64,000 nt of DNA. It comes from Mobula hypostoma (lineage: Eukaryota). Of the stretch, positions 36,840 to 50,056 are shown piece by piece. A program made the translations under genes and the position numbers. The notes under the pieces are model-generated. The model saw only the letters and a list, made by a program, of their open reading frames with translations. It was not told the origin of the DNA and made no database searches. How positions within the stretch are numbered: position 1 is the stretch's first letter; each line of letters begins with the position of its first letter. The DNA lies in NCBI RefSeq assembly GCF_963921235.1, contig NC_086097.1, positions 26,786,001 to 26,850,000 on the forward strand, written 5' to 3'.

Positions 36840-37975
36840 AGATCAAAAGATACAGGAGCAGAATCAGGTCATTCAGCCCATCGAGTATGGACTGCCATCC
36901 CATCACAGCTTATTTCTTATCTTTCTCAATCCCATTCTCCTACAACCTTTGAAGCCTTGATTAATCAAGAACTTATCAACCTCGACTTTAAATACACCCA
37001 ATGACTTGGCCTTCCCGGCCTTCTGTGGCAATGAATTCCACAGATTCACAGTTCTGTGGCTAAAGAAATTCTTCCTCATCGCAGTTCTAAATGGACATCC
37101 CTCTATTCTGAGGCTGTGCCCTCTAGTCCCAGAGGAAACCACTATAGTAAACATTCTCCCCACATCCACTCTATGTAAACCTTTCAATATTTGATATGTT
37201 TCAATGAGATCCCCCTCATTCTACTAAACTCCAATGAGTACAGACACAGGGCCATCTTGTGAATCTGAATCATTCTTGTGAACCTCCTCTGGACATTCTC
37301 CAATGCCATCACATCTTTTCTTAGATAATGAACTCAAAACTGCTCACAATACTCCACGTGCAGTCTGACCAGTGCTGTATAAAGCCTCAGCATAACATCC
37401 TTGCTCTTACATTTTAGTCCACTCGAACTGAATGCTAACATGGCATTTGCCTTCCTCACCACCAACTCAACCTGCAAGTTAACTTTTAGGAAATCCTGCA
37501 TGAGGACTGCCAGGTCCCTTTGCATCTCTGAGTTCTGAATACTCACCCCAGTTAGAAAATAGTCTAGGCCTTTATTCCTTCTGCCAAAATGCATGACGAT
37601 ACACTTCCTACACCAAATCTGTCTAAGTCCTTCTGCAGATTCCGTGCTTCCTCAGCATTACCTGCCCTACCACTTATTTTTGTATTGTCCACAAACCTGG
37701 CCACAATTCCATTAATTCCATCATCCAAATCACAGACATATAATGCAGGACAACACGTCACTAGCAGCCAACCATAAAAGGTCCCCTTTATTCCCACTCT
37801 TTGCCTCCTGCCAGTCAGCCAATCTTCTATTCATGCTAGTCTCTTTTCAGTCATACCATGTGCTCTTATCTTGTTAAGCAGTCTGTCAAAAGCCTTCTAA
37901 AAATCCAAGTAAACAACACCCACTGACTCTCCTTTGTCTATCCTGCATGTTATTTCCTCAAAGAATTGTAACAGA
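36840..37975 (-). mobile_element. Decayed CR1 RT and 3' fragment
   Basis: HFGRRNK, KANAMLAF, LHVEYCEQF and FFSHRTVNLWNSLP motifs. Confidence 0.8.
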
Positions 37976-40002
37976 ATTAATTAATTGGGGGACTGAATTC
38001 AAGAGCCACAAGGTAATGTTGCAGCTCTATAAAACCCTGCTTAAAATACACTTGGAATACAGTATCGGATTCAGTTCTGGCCAACTCATTATAGGAAAGA
38101 TGTAGATTATTTATCACTATTGTTACTTTTTCTCTTTTTGTATTTGAACAGTTTGTCATCTTTTGCATGTTGGTTGTTTGTGTGTCCTGTTGGGTGTGGT
38201 CTTTCATTGATTCTATCATGTTTCTTGTATTTACTGTGAATGTCTGCAAGAAAATGAACCTCAGGGTTGTATATGGTGACATATGTACTTTGATAATAAA
38301 TTTACTTTGAGCTTTGACTTAGAGTGTTCAACCATTTAACCATTGCCACTCAGGGAAAAAGTCTCTTTCTGTCCACTCGACTGATATGCTTCTTATCGTC
38401 TTGTACACCTCTACCGAGTAACCTCTTATCTTCCTTTGCTCCAAGGAGAAAAAACCCTAACTCACTCGACCTTTCTCTTAAGACATGCTCTCTAATGCAG
38501 GCAGCATCCTGGTAAATCTGCAGTGCACCTTCTTGCCTTGTACCCACTTCTCACAACTAGTTCTCAATGGCACAGAGAAAGCAGAACAGCCCTTCTCCAG
38601 ACCCACATCAGCTCCCCCCCTTAGGATGGATGGTTCTGGCCCTCCCATCTGTGTGCACACAACTACTGCAAAATACACAGACAACTTTTATGATTCTGCT
38701 CCTTAGCAAAATATTTTACCTATATTTTCACTTTAAATATCGTCGTGACTATGAGGCAGTAAACAGAGTTGGTTTACCCAGTTAAATTCTACAGACAACT
38801 GAGCAATAAAGATAATGTGTTGTTTTTCCAGATTATGTCATTCAGGGTTAAACTGGAGACGCTGTTCTTTCTCAAGTACAGACGCTGGAGCTGTATCCAG
38901 CTGCCAGTCATAGAATGGTCATACAGCATGCAAACAGGCCAACCAAATTGCCTAGCTAAGCTAGTCCCATTTGACTGCGATTTGCCCATCTCTTTCTATA
39001 CCCTTCCTTTCTACGTACCTTTCCAAATGTCTTTAAAATGTAATTACTGCCAGGAGTGGGTTATTAGGAGAGCTTGGGCAGGGAAGGCCCCGGTTGTAAG
39101 AACAGGATTCAATCCCCACTGCTGTCCGTACAGAGTTCATACGCTCTCCCTCTGACCTCGTGGGGTGTCCTCCAGTTGTTCCCGTTTCCTCCCACATTCC
39201 AAAAGATGTACAGGTGAGGGTCAGTAAGTTGTGGACATGCTACATTGGCACTGGAAGCACAGCGACACTTGTAGGCTTCCCCCAACATATCTCAAACTTG
39301 TGTTGGTCACTGACACAAACAACACATTTTACTGTATGTTTCAATGTACATGTGCAAATAAAGACAATTGTTCCTTGTAACGTAGGAGATTGTGGTTTGA
39401 CCTTACAGAGATGTACAAAATCATGAGGATGGACACACAGGCTTTTTCCCCCAGGGAAGGGAAACCGAAAACCGGAGGGCATACAAAAGGCTTACGTTAA
39501 GGGACAACAGGGACTTAAGGAGCAGGTTCTTCACACAGAGTCTGGTGGGCATACGGAATGAGCTACCGGATGAAGATGCTGAGACAGGTACAGTAGCATT
39601 TAAGACATTTGGATGAGTACATGGATAGGAGGGTTTTAGAGGGATGTGGGCCAAATGCAGACAAACAGGACCAGCTGGATGGGCACCACATTCAGCACTG
39701 ATGAGATGGGCCAAAGGGCCTTTTTCCCTGCTGTACTACTCTGTGACTAATCGTACCGACCCTCTGGCAACTCCTTTCATACACCCACCCACTGCCCAGA
39801 AAAAAGTTGCCCCCCAGGTCCCTATAAATCTTCTTACTTCCTTTCAAGACCTGATGAAGGGTCTTGGCCCGAAGCATCCACTGTTTATTTTTTCCCATAG
39901 ATGCTGCCTGACCTGCTGAATTCCTCCAGCGTTTTGCATAGGTGCAGTGAAATGTAATGTTTTACCACCAGCTTAATATCAACTGTAAAATGCAACACTT
40001 AC

Positions 40003-40098
40003 CTTTGAAGGTTTGTATCCAAACATCATCACCACAGCAACCTTAAGGTCCTCCCTGGTCAGAAAGCCCTTCTGTCCTGAATCGCATTCTCGGAAAAC
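40003..40098 (-). CDS. EFCAB11: EFCAB11 exon 2 (VFRECDSGQKGFLTREDLKVAVVMMFGYKPSK)
   Basis: ctttctgcag| acceptor and AAG|gtaagt donor, 96 nt; matches recalled human VFKACDEDHKGYLSREDFKTAVVMLFGYKPSK. Confidence 0.95.
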
Positions 40099-41154
40099 CT
40101 GCAGAAAGCAAAGTGATTTTCACCGGGAGAAAATGGCTGCTTCCTTGTATTTCCTGCAACGTTTCAGCTAACTTTTGAAGATTCATTTAGAACAAGGATG
40201 AACCCAGTTTCTAGCGGTTAGTGTAAACACTTTACAGAGGCAGCGAGCAAAGTTCAATTCCGCTACAGTCTGTAAAGACTTTGTGCATTCTCCCTGTAAC
40301 CACGCGGGTGTGTTTCCTCCAGGTGCTCTGGTTTCCTTCCGTGTTCCAAAAAAGTACGGTTAGAGTTAGTAAGTTGTTGGCACTGGAAGCACGGTGACTC
40401 TTGTGGTCTGCCCCCAGCACACCCTCGTACTGTGTTGGCCACTGATGCAAAATGTTGCATTTCACTGTATATATCAATGTACATGTGACAAATAACGCTA
40501 ATCCTTTTTTTTTTCTTTTTAATCTCAATTTTACAGAAGCATAGCCACTTATGCATGCATGACCTGTATGGAAAGCATGTGAAGCAAAAGATTTTTCACT
40601 GTATCTTGGTACATGACAATTTGGCACTTCAGTGCCTACTCGCCCAACCTGTCCAAGTACTTCTGTAGACTGCCTGCTACTGCAACACTACCTGCTCCTC
40701 TGACGACCTTGGTTTTGTCTGCAAACAAGGCCATCATGCTACCAGTTCCTTCAACCAGAATTCTAACGTACATGAGCCAACACTGACCCCTCCAGAACAT
40801 TAAAGATAAAGATGAACTCTATTTGCCAAATGTATGTCAATGGTCAACACAGCCCGAGGATGTGCTGTAGGTGTCACCATGATTCCAGTGCCTGCATAAC
40901 ACGTCCACAACTTATTAACCCTAAGCCGTACGTCTTCAGAATGTGGGAGGAAACCAGAGCACTCAGAGGAAACCCATGCAGCCAGAGGGAGAATGGACAA
41001 GCTCTTTACAGAGTTGAACCCTGATCGGCGATCACCATTGTGCTAACCACCACTCTAACGTGCTGCCCACCCACATCAGAAACATCAGTAGACACTGGCA
41101 GCCATCCTGAAAAGGACCCCTTTATCCTCACTCTGACCCACCAGAGTTCAGAAC

Positions 41155-41228
41155 AGGGGTTCCCAACCTGGCGTCCATGGAACCTTGCTTAATAATTGTT
41201 GATGGCATAAAAAATGTTGGGAACCTGT
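41155..41228. mobile_element. Short hAT-like MITE (similar copy at about 142-220)
   Basis: CAGGGGTTCCCAAC ... GTTGGGAACCTG terminal inverted repeats. Confidence 0.55.
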
Positions 41229-44203
41229 GGTTTAGAAGAATGAGGATGGATTTCATTGGAAACCTATCAGATATTAAAAAGCCTAAAAAGAGTGGATGTT
41301 GAGAGGATGTTTCCAATAGTGGGGGACTCTAGGACTGCAGAGCACAGCCTCAGAATACAAGGATCTCCCTTAAGAACAGAGATGAAGAGGAATTTCCTTG
41401 GCCAGAGAGTGGTAAATCTGTGGAATTCATTGTTACAGACGGCAATTGAGGTCTAGTTGTTGGGTATATTCAAAGTGGAGGTTGATAGGTTCTTGATTAG
41501 TGAGAGTGTCGATGTTTATGGTGAGAAGGCAGGAGAATGGAATGGGGAGAGTTAATAAATCAGGCATGATTGAATGGTGGAACAGAGTTGATAGGTCAAA
41601 TGGCCTAATTCTGTTTTATGGTGTTACTGTGTACAACTTTGTATTGGTGAGATAGGAGAGATATGGTTAAACTGGTGAGAGTACAAGAAAGCTTTAAGGA
41701 TGAGGGAACTCATGGCATTATGGCAAGAGCTGGCTGGTTATAGGTAGATCTGGGTGACCAACACAGTACACCTCAGGGCTCTGAGCTTAGTCTCCATGCT
41801 CTGCTCTTTCGATAACCACAACTGTGTGGTTAAGCATTCCCAACACCATCTACAGAATTCACCAAGGGCGCCACTGTTATTGCCACAGTCTCAGATGGTG
41901 ACGAGGCAGTACACTGGAATAAGATAGATCAACTGGTTCAGTAGTATCGTGACAACAACCTTCCACTCAGTGCCAACAAGACCAAGGAATTGATTGTAGA
42001 CTTTAGGAAGGGCCAGTAGTGGAAACAGTATCAGATTCTCCAGAAGATCCATCTTGGGCCCAGCACTGAGATGCAACTATGAAGCATCTCCATTTTTTTA
42101 AAAGTAGGAGATTCAGCATGTTATTGAAGAGACTGAACCTCCTCCTACATTGGAAAGCAATCCAATTGATTACATCGTGAGCTGATATGGAAACTCCACT
42201 GCAGAGGAATGCCAGAGATGACCGAGTGATGTGCACACAGCCAGTTCCATCACTGTGCAGCTCTCTCCACCACTGAGGGCATCCGTGAAGAAGCAATGTC
42301 TCAGGAAGATGACATCTATGATCAGAGGCCCCCAGCATCCAAACCACACCCACTTCTTGTTACTGCTATCATGCAGAATTAGGTTTATTATCACAAATAT
42401 ATGCCGTGAAATTTGTTGTTTGGTAGCAGCAGTCCTGTGCAATACAAAAAATACTGTAAGTTACAAAGAGAAATATATTAAAAACGTAAATAAGTAGTGC
42501 AAGAGGAGAGCAAACAGTGAGGTCGAGTTCACGGTCTATTCAGAAATCTGATGGCGGAGGGGAAGATGGCTGTCCCTAAAATGTTTAGTGTGTGTCTTCA
42601 GGCTCTTGTATCTCCTCCCTAGTGGTACCAATGAGAGGAGGGTATGTCCTGGGTGATGGGGGTCCTAAACGATGGATGCCACCTTCTTGAGGCATCCCCT
42701 GTTGAAGATGCCCTTGATGGTGGGCAGGTGAGAGCCCATGCTGGAGGTGGCTGAGTTTACAACCTGCGGCAGCTTTTATCGACCCCGTGCTGTGGCATCT
42801 CCTTACTGGGCGGTGACGCGACCAGTCAGAATGCTCTCCACAGTACATCTGTAGGAACTTGGTAACATACCACATCTCCACAAACTCCTCACAAACACAA
42901 GAAAACCCAATGAAGTATAGCTGCTGGCGTGCCTTCTTCGTAACTGCATCAACACGTTGCGTCCAGGTCGGATCCTGAACACCCACAAGTTCAACAGCAG
43001 TTTCTTCACCACTGCCATCAAGTGGAAACGATCCACAAAGAACAGTGTAGTGTAGCACAGAACAGTTCCTTTGGCCCATGATGCAGTGCTGAACTAGTTA
43101 AACTAATCTCGTCTGCCATATCCCTCCATTCCCTGAACATTCATGTGCCCTTCCTAGAGCCTCTTAAATACCTATCATCTGCAAATACCATCCCTGGCAG
43201 TGTATTCCAGGCACCCACCAGTGTTTAAAAACTTACCCCACATCTGTGAAGTTGCCTCCTCTCACCTTGAACGCATTCCTTCTAATTTTGGACATTGTAA
43301 TCCTGGGGAAATGAAATCAGCTGTCTACTTTGTCCATGTCTGTTGTAACTTTATATAGTCTCCCCTTAGCCTTTGCCACTTGCGAGAAACCAACCTAAAT
43401 TTATCCAACCAAGAAAGAATACCAGCCCTGCTCCAGACTATTTCTTGCATTAGTGTTGATCTTATTTTGTGGCTTATTTTTGAGCACATGTAAATTACAT
43501 ATAATTTATGTTAATTTATGTTTGCAATTTACTGCGCTGCTGCTGAGAAACTCTGTCGCCGTATTCAGAATCAGAACCAGATTTATTATCACTGAAACAG
43601 GTTGTGAAATTTGGTGTTTTGCGGTAGCAGTACAGTGCAATATATCACATCGGGGGGCTAGAACCCATAATACAACTGGCAGAGTTTGCAACCCTCTGCA
43701 GCAGCCCGTCCATTCCCGACGCGATGAAACCAGTTCGAACGCTCTCCACGGTCCATCTGTAGACATTCGCTAGAGTCTTTAGTGACATACCAAATCTCCT
43801 CAAACTCTTGGTGCCAGCAAACGATTCCTTGGGCAACATCTTCCAGGGAGCAAATCCTTTAAATTATTTCAGTTTTTCTACGCCTTCTCCTTGTTTTTTT
43901 TTTGGTGTGTGTGTTATGGAAACTGTTGGTGCCTGCGATGTACAGCTTGGATCTCGATAGAAGGATCCAGTGTCGGGAAAGCTGCCTCGTGGAGATCAGA
44001 GGCGAGAACCCGATAAGGACCCGTGGAAAAACACATGCTGACCAGTGGAAAAAAAAACAAAGATTGGGTCATGAACGACTCCAGCCGGAAGCAGCGAGGA
44101 AGATTGAAGTATTGAGATGAAGGTGTTCGGACCCGGTCAGCAAGTGCTCTCGACAGAGGCTGCGTCCTAGGTCCGCCGCCAGGTCAGCGACGCTTGAAGA
44201 CTA

Positions 44204-45783
44204 TCAGCAATCGCTCCCAACAGAGGCCAGAGGGTCAGCAATCACTCCCAGAGGGCCAGAAATCACTCCCAGAGGGTCAGCAATCACTCCCAGAGGGCCA
44301 GCAATCACTCCCAGAGGGTCAGCAATCGCTCCCAACAGAGGCCAGAGGGTCAGCAATCACTCCCAGAGGGCCAGAAATCACTCCCAGAGGGTCAGCAATC
44401 ACTCCCAGAGGGCCAGCAATCACTCCCAGAGGGTCAGCAATCGCTCCCAACAGAGGCCAGAGGGTCAGCAATCACTCCCAGAGGGCCAGAAATCACTCCC
44501 AGAGGGTCAGCAATCACTCCCAGAGGGCCAGCAATCACTCCCAGAGGGTCAGCAATCGCTCCCAACAGAGGCCAGAGGGTCAGCAATCGCTCCAGAGGGC
44601 CAGCAATCACTCCCAGAGGGTCAGCAGTCGCTCCCAACAGAGGCCAGAGGGTCAGCAATCGCTCCAGAGGGCCAGCAATCACTCCCAGAGGGTCAGCAAT
44701 CACTCCCAGAGGGCCAGCAATCACTCCCAGAGGGCCAGCAATCACTCCCAGAGGGTCAGCAATCGCTCCCAACAGAGGCCAGAGGGTCAGCAATCACTCC
44801 CAGAGGGCCAGAAATCACTCCCAGAGGGCCAGCAATCACTCCCAGAGGGTCAGCAATCACTCCCAGAGGGCCAGCAATCACTCCCAGAGGGTCAGCAATC
44901 ACTCCCAGAGGGCCAGCAATCACTCCCAGAGGGTCAGCAATCGCTCCCAACAGAGGCCAGAGGGTCAGCAATCGCTCCAGAGGGCCAGCAATCACTCCCA
45001 GAGGGTCAGCAGTCGCTCCCAACAGAGGCCAGAGGGTCAGCAATCGCTCCAGAGGGCCAGCAATCACTCCCAGAGGGTCAGCAATCACTCCCAGAGGCCA
45101 GAGGGTCAGCAATCACTCCCAGAGGGCCAGAAATCACTCCCAGAGGGTCAGCAATCACTCCCAGAGGGCCAGCAATCACTCCCAGAGGGTCAGCAGTCGC
45201 TCCCAACAGAGGCCAGAGAGTCAGCAATCACTCCCAGAGGGCCAGCAATCACTCCCAGAGGGTCAGCAGTCGCTCCCAGAGGGTCAGCAGTCGCTCCCAA
45301 CAGAGGCCAGAGAGTTAGCAATCACTCCCAGAGGGCCAGAAATCACTCCCAGAGGGTCAGCAATCACTCCCAGAGGGCCAGAGGGTCAGCAATCGCTCCA
45401 GAGGGTCAGCAATCGCTCCAGAGGACCAGTGGGTCAGCAATTACTCACAGAGGGCCAGAGGGTCAGTAGTCGCTCCAGAGGGTCAGCAATCGCTCCAGAG
45501 GGCCAGAGGGTCAGCAATTACTCACAGAGGGCCAGAGGGTCAGCAGTCGCTCCCAGAGGGTCAGCAGTCGCTCCAGAGGGTCAGCAATCGCTCCAGAGGA
45601 CCAGTGGGTCAGCAATTACTCACAGAGGGCCAGAGGGTCAGTAGTCGCTCCCAGAGGGTCAGCAATCACTCCCAGAGGGCCAGAGGGTCAGCAGTCACTC
45701 CCAGAGGGTCAGCAATCACTCCCAGTGGGTCAGCAATTACTCACAGAGGGCCAGAGGGTCAGTGGGTCAGCAGTCGCTCCCAA
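44204..45783 (+). repeat. Minisatellite with a 21-bp core CAGCAATCACTCCCAGAGGG(T/C) and higher-order units
   Basis: Direct reading; a 115-bp higher-order unit starts at 44205, 44320 and 44435. Confidence 0.97.
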
Positions 45784-46251
45784 TGAAGGCCGTCGTTCGG
45801 ACCAGGCGTGAGTTCTGAGCGACAGAAGGACTGTTCAATGTTATGAGATTTATGTGACTGGACTGTGCTTTATATCAGTCTCCTTCAGTTTTACTTGGTA
45901 TTTTCTTTCTTGTGGCTGACTGGCGGGTGGGTGATTGTTACAGTTGCTGTTCTTTTTCTGCGAGGAGAGGTCAGGGATTGTTATTGATTTTTTTCTGCAG
46001 GGAGAAGGTGGGGGGGGGTTCTGGGGTCTGAGAGTTTTGTTTCTTTTACTTTCTCATGCGTACTTCTTGGCTATCTGGAGAAGACGAATATCAGAGGTGT
46101 ATTGTATATGCATACTTTGACAATAAGATGAATCTTGCACTTTGAAATATAGAAAATGGCGTACCTTATTTGTAGTTGCATCAATATATTGGGCCCAGAA
46201 TAGATCTTCAGAGAAGTTGACACACAGGTTCCCTTATCTATGAATTCAGAA

Positions 46252-49200
46252 GATCACAAGACAAAGGAGCAGAAGTAGGCCATTCGGCCCATCGAGTCTG
46301 CTCCGCAGCTCCCCCATGAGCTAAACTATTCACCCATCTAGTTCCAATTTCCAGCTTTTTCCCCATATCCCTTGATACCCTGACTAATTAGATACCTGTC
46401 AATCTCCTCCTAAAACACCCTCAATGATCGGGCCTCCACAGCTGTATGTGGAAACGAATTCCACAAATCCATGACCCTCTGGCTAAAAAAATTTCTCCTC
46501 ATCTCTGTTTTAACTGGGTACCCTCTAATTCTAAGACTATGGCCTCTTGTCCTGGACTCACCCACCAAGGGAAACAACCTTTCCACATCTACTCTGTCCA
46601 ACCCTTTCAACATTCGAAACATTTCTGAGATCCCCTCTCATTCTTCTATAGTCTAATGAATACAATCCAAGAGCCGACAAACGCTCCTCATATGTTAGCC
46701 CCTGCATTCCAGGAATCATCCTCGTAAATCTTCTCTGAACTCTCTCCAACATCAGTACATCCTTTCTAAGATAGGGGGCCCAAAACTGCACACAGTATTC
46801 CAAATGAGGTCTCACTAATGCCCCATAGAGCCTCATCAACACCTCCTTACTCTTATACACTATTCCTCTTGAAATGAATGCCAACATAGCATTCGCTTTC
46901 CTTACCGCCAATCCAACTTGGTGGTTAACCTTTAGGATATCCTGCACGAGGACCCCCAAGTCCCTTTGCACTTCCGATTTTTGAATTTTCTCCCCATCTA
47001 AATAATAATCTGCCGGATTATTTCTTCTTCCAAAATGTACAAGCGTACATTTGTCAACGTTGTATCTCATCTGCCATTTCTTTGCCCACTCTCCTAAACT
47101 AAGTCTCTCTGCAACCTTTCCATTTCTTCAACATTTCCTGCTCCTCCACCTATCTCGGTGTCATCCACAAATTTAGCCACAAAACCATTTAATCCATAAT
47201 CCAAATCATCGATATACATCATAAAAAGAAGCGGCCCCAACACCGACCCCTGCGGAACACCACTAGTAACTGGCAACCAATCAGAATAGGATCCCTTCAT
47301 TCCCACCCTTTGCTTTCTGCCTATCAGCCAATGCTCCACCCATTTCAATATCTTTCCTATAATTCCATGAGCTCTCACCTTATTAAGCAGCCTCATATGC
47401 GGCACCTTATCGAAGGCCTTTTGAAAATCCAAATACACAACATCCACAGCCTCTCCCTTGTCAATCTTATTCGAGATTACCTCAAAAAATTCCAATAGGT
47501 TGGTGAGGCAGGATCTTCCCTTCATGAAACCATACTGGCTTCGGCCTATCTTGTCATGCACCTGGAGGTATTTCATAACCTCGCCCTTGAGGATTGACTC
47601 CAATATCTTTCCAACTACTGATGTCAGACTAATAGGTCTGTAATTTTCTTTTTGCTGCCTCCTTCCTTTCTTAAATAGCGGAACTACATTTGCGACCTTC
47701 CAGTCCTACGGAACCATGCCAGAGTCTATTGATTCCTGGAAGATCATTTCCAATGCTTCCACAATCTCCAAAGCCACCTCCTTCAGAACCCTTGGGTGCA
47801 CCTCATCCGGACCGGGAGACTTATCTATTCTTAGTCCACTTAGCTTCCCAAGCACTTTCTTTCTAGTAATCTTGACTGTACCTAATTCTATTCCCTGATA
47901 CCTCTGGCTATCAGGTATATTGCTCATGTCTTCCACTGTGAAGACTGATGCAAAATACTCATTCAGTTCCTCCGCCATCTCTTTGTTATCCATTATAATT
48001 ACTCCAGCATCATTTTCAATCGTCCCATATCTACCCTTGTCACTCTTTTACTCTTCATATATTTAAAAAAACTCTTAGTATCCTTTCTTATGTTGATCAC
48101 CAACTTCCTTTCATAATTCATCTTTTCTTTCCTAATGACTTTCTTAGTTTCCTCTGTAAGTTTTTAAAAGTCTTCCAGTCCTCATTTTTCCCACTAATTT
48201 TTGCTTCCTTGTACGCCGTTTCTTTTGCTTTTATTTTTGCCTTAACCTCTCTCGTTAGCCACATTTGTGCCATTTTTCCATTCATGATTTTCTTTTTTCT
48301 TGGAATATATTTTTCCTGCATTTTCCTTATTTCTTGTGGGTATTTCATCCAATTCTGCTCTGCCATCCCTCCATTTAGCTTACTTTTCCAATCGACTTGG
48401 GCCAGTTCCTCTCTCATACCACTGTAATTTCCCCTGTTCCACTGAAATATCGATACACCTGATACCAGCTTCTCCTTTTCAAATTTGAAACTGAACTCAA
48501 TCATATTATGATCACTACTTCCAAGGGGTTCCTTTACCTCCAGCTCCCTAATCGCCTCAGGTTCGTTACACAGCACCCAACCCAAAACAGCCGGTCCCCT
48601 GGTGGGCTTCTGGACAAGCTGCTCCAAAAAGCCATCCTGTAGGCATTCTCCAAACTCCCTCTCCTGAGATCCATTACTTTCCTGACTTTCCCAATCCACT
48701 TTCATATTAAAATCCCCCATAATTATCTCGACATTTTCCTTCTGACACGCTTTTTCTATTTCAAGCTGCAACTTGTAGTCCACATCCCGGTTGCTGTTTG
48801 GAGGCCTGTTATTAGTGTCTTTTTACCCTTGCCATTTCTTAATTCTACCCATAAGGATTCTACCTCTTCTGATCCTATGTCCCTTCTTTCTATTGATTTG
48901 ATATAGTTGCTTACCATCAGGGCCACACCACCCCCTTTACCTACCTTCCTATCCTTCCTGTACACTGTGTATCCTGGGATATTCAGCTCCCAATCACATC
49001 CATCATTTAGCCATGACTCGGTGATGGCCACAATGTCATATCTTTTAACCTGCAGTTGTGCAGCAAGGTCATCCACTTTATTTCTAATGCTGCGTGCATT
49101 TAAGTACAGCACGTTTAGATCAGTATCTGTTGTCGATTTTGCTATATTTCTATTTTGCAGCAAATTATCCTGTATATTCTCCGGCCTGTCCTTCTTGCCA

Positions 49201-49608
49201 TCTTTGCTGCACAGTATTTTTGACTTATTTCTATTTTCCTCTTCCTCGACCCTAACACCTTGGTTTCCTTCCCCTTGCCAACTTAGTTTAAACCCTCCCT
49301 AACAGCTATATTAAACAATCCCACCAGGATATTAGTACCTTTTGAGTTCAGGTGTAATCCATCTTTTTTGTATAAGTCATACCTTCCCCAAAATAGATCC
49401 CAATGATTCAAGACTTTGAAGCCCTGCCCCCTGCACCATTTACTTCGCCAGACATTCATCTGCTTAATTCTGCTATTCTTACCTTCATTAGTGCGTGGCT
49501 CAGGCAGTAATCCTGAGATTATTACTCTGGAGATCTGACTTTTCAATTTTCTTCCTAGCTCCCAGTAATCTTCCTTCGGGACCTCCTCTCTTTTTCTGTC
49601 TATGTCGT
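46252..49608 (-). mobile_element. Relatively young 5'-truncated CR1 LINE (ORF1 C-terminus and ORF2)
   Basis: VIISGLLP...DGLHLN (esterase), YLNARSIRNK and IMGDFN (APE endonuclease), KSPGPD, YLDFQKAFDKVPH, GVPQGSVLGP, KFVDD (RT); only a few frameshifts. Confidence 0.95.
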
Positions 49609-49981
49609 TGACAGAATTGCGTAAGAGAAAGGTACAGGAGCCTTAGGACCCCTCACCATCAGGCTTTTGAACTAGAGGGGATACTTCATTCACCCCAACA
49701 CTGAATTGGACTCTTTTTCAAGGTCTCATCTCATGTTCTCGATATTTATTGCTCATTTTTTTTCTATCTTTTGTTTTGTATTTGCGCGTTGTTGTATTTT
49801 TCACCTCGGTTGTTGCTCGTCCTGTTGGATGTGATCTTTCACTGACTCTATCATGTTTCTTGTATTGACCGTGATTGTCCACAAGAAAATGAATCTCAGC
49901 GTTGTGAATGGTGACATAGATGTACTTTAGTAATAAATCTACTTCGAACTTTAATTAAGACAACATTAAACTTGAACCTAC

Positions 49982-50056
49982 CGCTGCGCAGCGGCTCTTC
50001 TCCGAGTCAGTAACTCGTCTCTCCTCCTGGAACCTGGCGCCAGGATATCGATACAT
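49982..50056 (-). CDS. EFCAB11: EF-hand calcium-binding domain protein 11, coding exon 1 (MYRYPGARFQEERRVTDSEKSRCAA)
   Basis: Minus strand CCACC-ATG Kozak at 50056, 75-nt open exon ending at GCG|gtaggt donor, phase 0, in frame with exon 2; next to the CpG-rich promoter. Confidence 0.85.

Noticed and set aside
44194..45318. 374-aa ORF
   Set aside because: Arises from the stop-free minisatellite; non-ATG start, no splice context
44204..45783. CRISPR-like array
   Set aside because: No unique spacers, no cas genes, eukaryotic context
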